A stretch of 64,000 nucleotides of DNA from Lytechinus pictus (Eukaryota): assembly GCF_037042905.1 (NCBI RefSeq), contig NC_087250.1:11534001-11598000 (forward strand), written 5' to 3'. Below, piece by piece: positions 62,095 to 64,000 of the stretch (positions are counted from its first letter, which is position 1; each line of letters begins with the position of its first letter). The position numbers and the translations under genes were made by a program. Under the pieces are notes generated by a model. It was not told the origin of the DNA. It saw only the letters and a program-made list of their open reading frames with translations, and made no database searches.

Positions 62095-64000
62095 TAATAG
62101 GCTATAACAATAACTATCACAATGATCAATTTCTAAAAATGTATATTATTCGTACTAGATCAAGCTCAAAATTCAAATTTATGAGATAGAAAAAACTATG
62201 TATAATTTTATCACTAGATGGACTACAAAAAATGGATAGACTTAGAAAATAGATGTGTAAATTGTTAATATTCTTTTACCTTTTTGAAGCATCAAAATAT
62301 AATAATGGAAACATCAAAACATGTTGGTTTCAAATAAAAACAGGTTTAAGTGTTTGTTATGTCTTCATCTCATAACAAACGTTTTCTTATTGAATTTCAA
62401 GTGAAATAAATTGTAATTGATTTCAAGTTCAGTATAACCTGTGAAAGCTACGATTCATTCAATTGTAAAAAATATATATCAACAAATAATAGGTATTCAT
62501 TTTTAATGTGACTGTTGTCAAATAAATGTGTCAGACAGACAGAGGCATAACAGGACAATTTAAATTGCTTGAAATGCCTTAAAATATTATTTGTTCACAT
62601 ACATATTTCTTTTATTTTATCTGTTCTTTTACTGTAGTAAATTAGTTTCCATTTATATCTCTTGAGTATGAGGTCTCTAGTTTATAGTGAATATAGTTTC
62701 ACTACACTTTTTAGATTTTACCCAATTCCAAATAAAACTAAAGAAAATCTATGATTGGTTTGTCCTTAACTCCTATAATTTCTTCTTACAAACAAAGGAT
62801 AAAAAGTTGCAATTGAACTGCCTTCTAAATGTAGATCAATTCCATTACCCACATATCAAAGTTAAACAATTTTCCAATCTATAGTAAAATGAACGTCTAT
62901 TCTTGAAATCTGATCTGTAACTGTAAGTTAATTCCATAAAAAGACAATTTTATTCATTTCAGTATTTTTACTTTGAAAGGGAAACCCATTCATGTCTTGT
63001 ATTAAGACAGCTTGAGAGTGACAAGCAATAAAGCCATACTCATGTTGACTTTCTTGCGTAACTTTTATGTACAAAGCCAACAATATGAGACACATAATTA
63101 ACGTATGAATAGTCAAATTAGCAGCCCCTATACGACCGAGCGAAAAAGCGAACAATATTGGTTCTAAGATGTCGTACGCCGAGCGAGATTGAAATAATAG
63201 CGGACATTGGCGAGATGCGAGCGGAGTCGGGACGGGGAGGCGATAGTGCGCTCATAGTATTTTTTTTTTCTCTCTCTCTTTTCGCGGGTTGTAATTAATT
63301 TCCGCATCGAGAATAGAAGGATGTCGTCTTTCCTCCCTTAAAGAACGAATTAAAAATAAATAAACTTAATATAAAAAGACTTTACATACCAGCTAGATAT
63401 GATAACCCAAAATGTCTTTATACGAATTCGGAATCCAGTCGAAGGTAACAATAATATCAGGCCGGCCATGCGCTATTTCGACATGGTATGAATTCGTCGT
63501 CAGTTGGAAATAAGTACGCACAATGTAAAATCGGTACTTTGTAGCTTCATAATAAAAAAACGCAAAAATCTGTACAAATTAATTATCTCAAGCTTTTAAT
63601 CATATTATTGTTGATAGAACGAATTCTAAGAATTTGGTTAGGAACGCATTTCTCAAAACTTGTGTACCTGGGAAACAAATCACATAGCAAATATCCGCCC
63701 GTTGTCATGATAACGGTCCTAACCTAACGTTGACTATTTTTTAATGGAGGAGGCATTAATTTTGGCGGCTTTGGACGGCAATCTGAAAACTTACTTCATC
63801 ACAGATAACGTAATAAGACAAACAAAGATGACTCGACCGGTTTAAAAGGTTAAATGCATTCCTTTTGATCTCGTGAATAAGGACGAGTTTGGAAGAAGCC
63901 AAACAAACAATATCACTCCATCATAATTATGAAAAAAATGACAAAAGAATTTGTAGAGATAACTATGAATATTTCTACAAAGATAATTAAATCTGTGACA

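Larger units (their letters stand above)
23174..64000 (-). other. onecut: Large onecut intron between the CUT exon (outside the window) and the homeodomain exon
   Basis: No CUT-domain ORF and no other convincing coding exon in this interval; Onecut proteins need an upstream CUT domain. Confidence 0.75.

Overview
Eukaryotic, AT-rich genomic DNA, most likely from a sea urchin. That assignment is inferred from the protein sequences and repeat families and was not checked against a database. Two genes converge tail-to-tail. (1) On +, nine spliced coding exons (1982-10609; 1950 nt, 649 aa plus stop, all GT-AG, consistent phases) encode the C-terminal part of a BICRA/GLTSCR1-like ncBAF (GBAF) subunit. 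(2) On -, the last coding exon (23173-22836) of a Onecut/HNF6 gene encodes the diagnostic F48/M50 homeodomain, probably followed by a multi-kb 3' UTR. No CUT-domain exon was found, so 23174-64000 appears to be part of one intron longer than 40 kb. That intron holds about 20 GC/CpG-richer islands with Onecut, Otx/paired-homeodomain, Sox, TCF and Su(H) motifs (candidate enhancers). The BICRA introns and the intergenic gap are packed with nested MITEs and tRNA-derived SINEs. The most unusual items are a Penelope-type minimal hammerhead-ribozyme motif in sense orientation downstream of the BICRA stop codon, a 21-bp perfect-palindrome micro-insertion with an apparent target-site duplication and an empty site in the same window, a duplicated splice donor, and clustered Onecut sites suggesting autoregulation. 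No CRISPR array, operon or autonomous transposon was found. Most ORFs in the supplied track are spurious.
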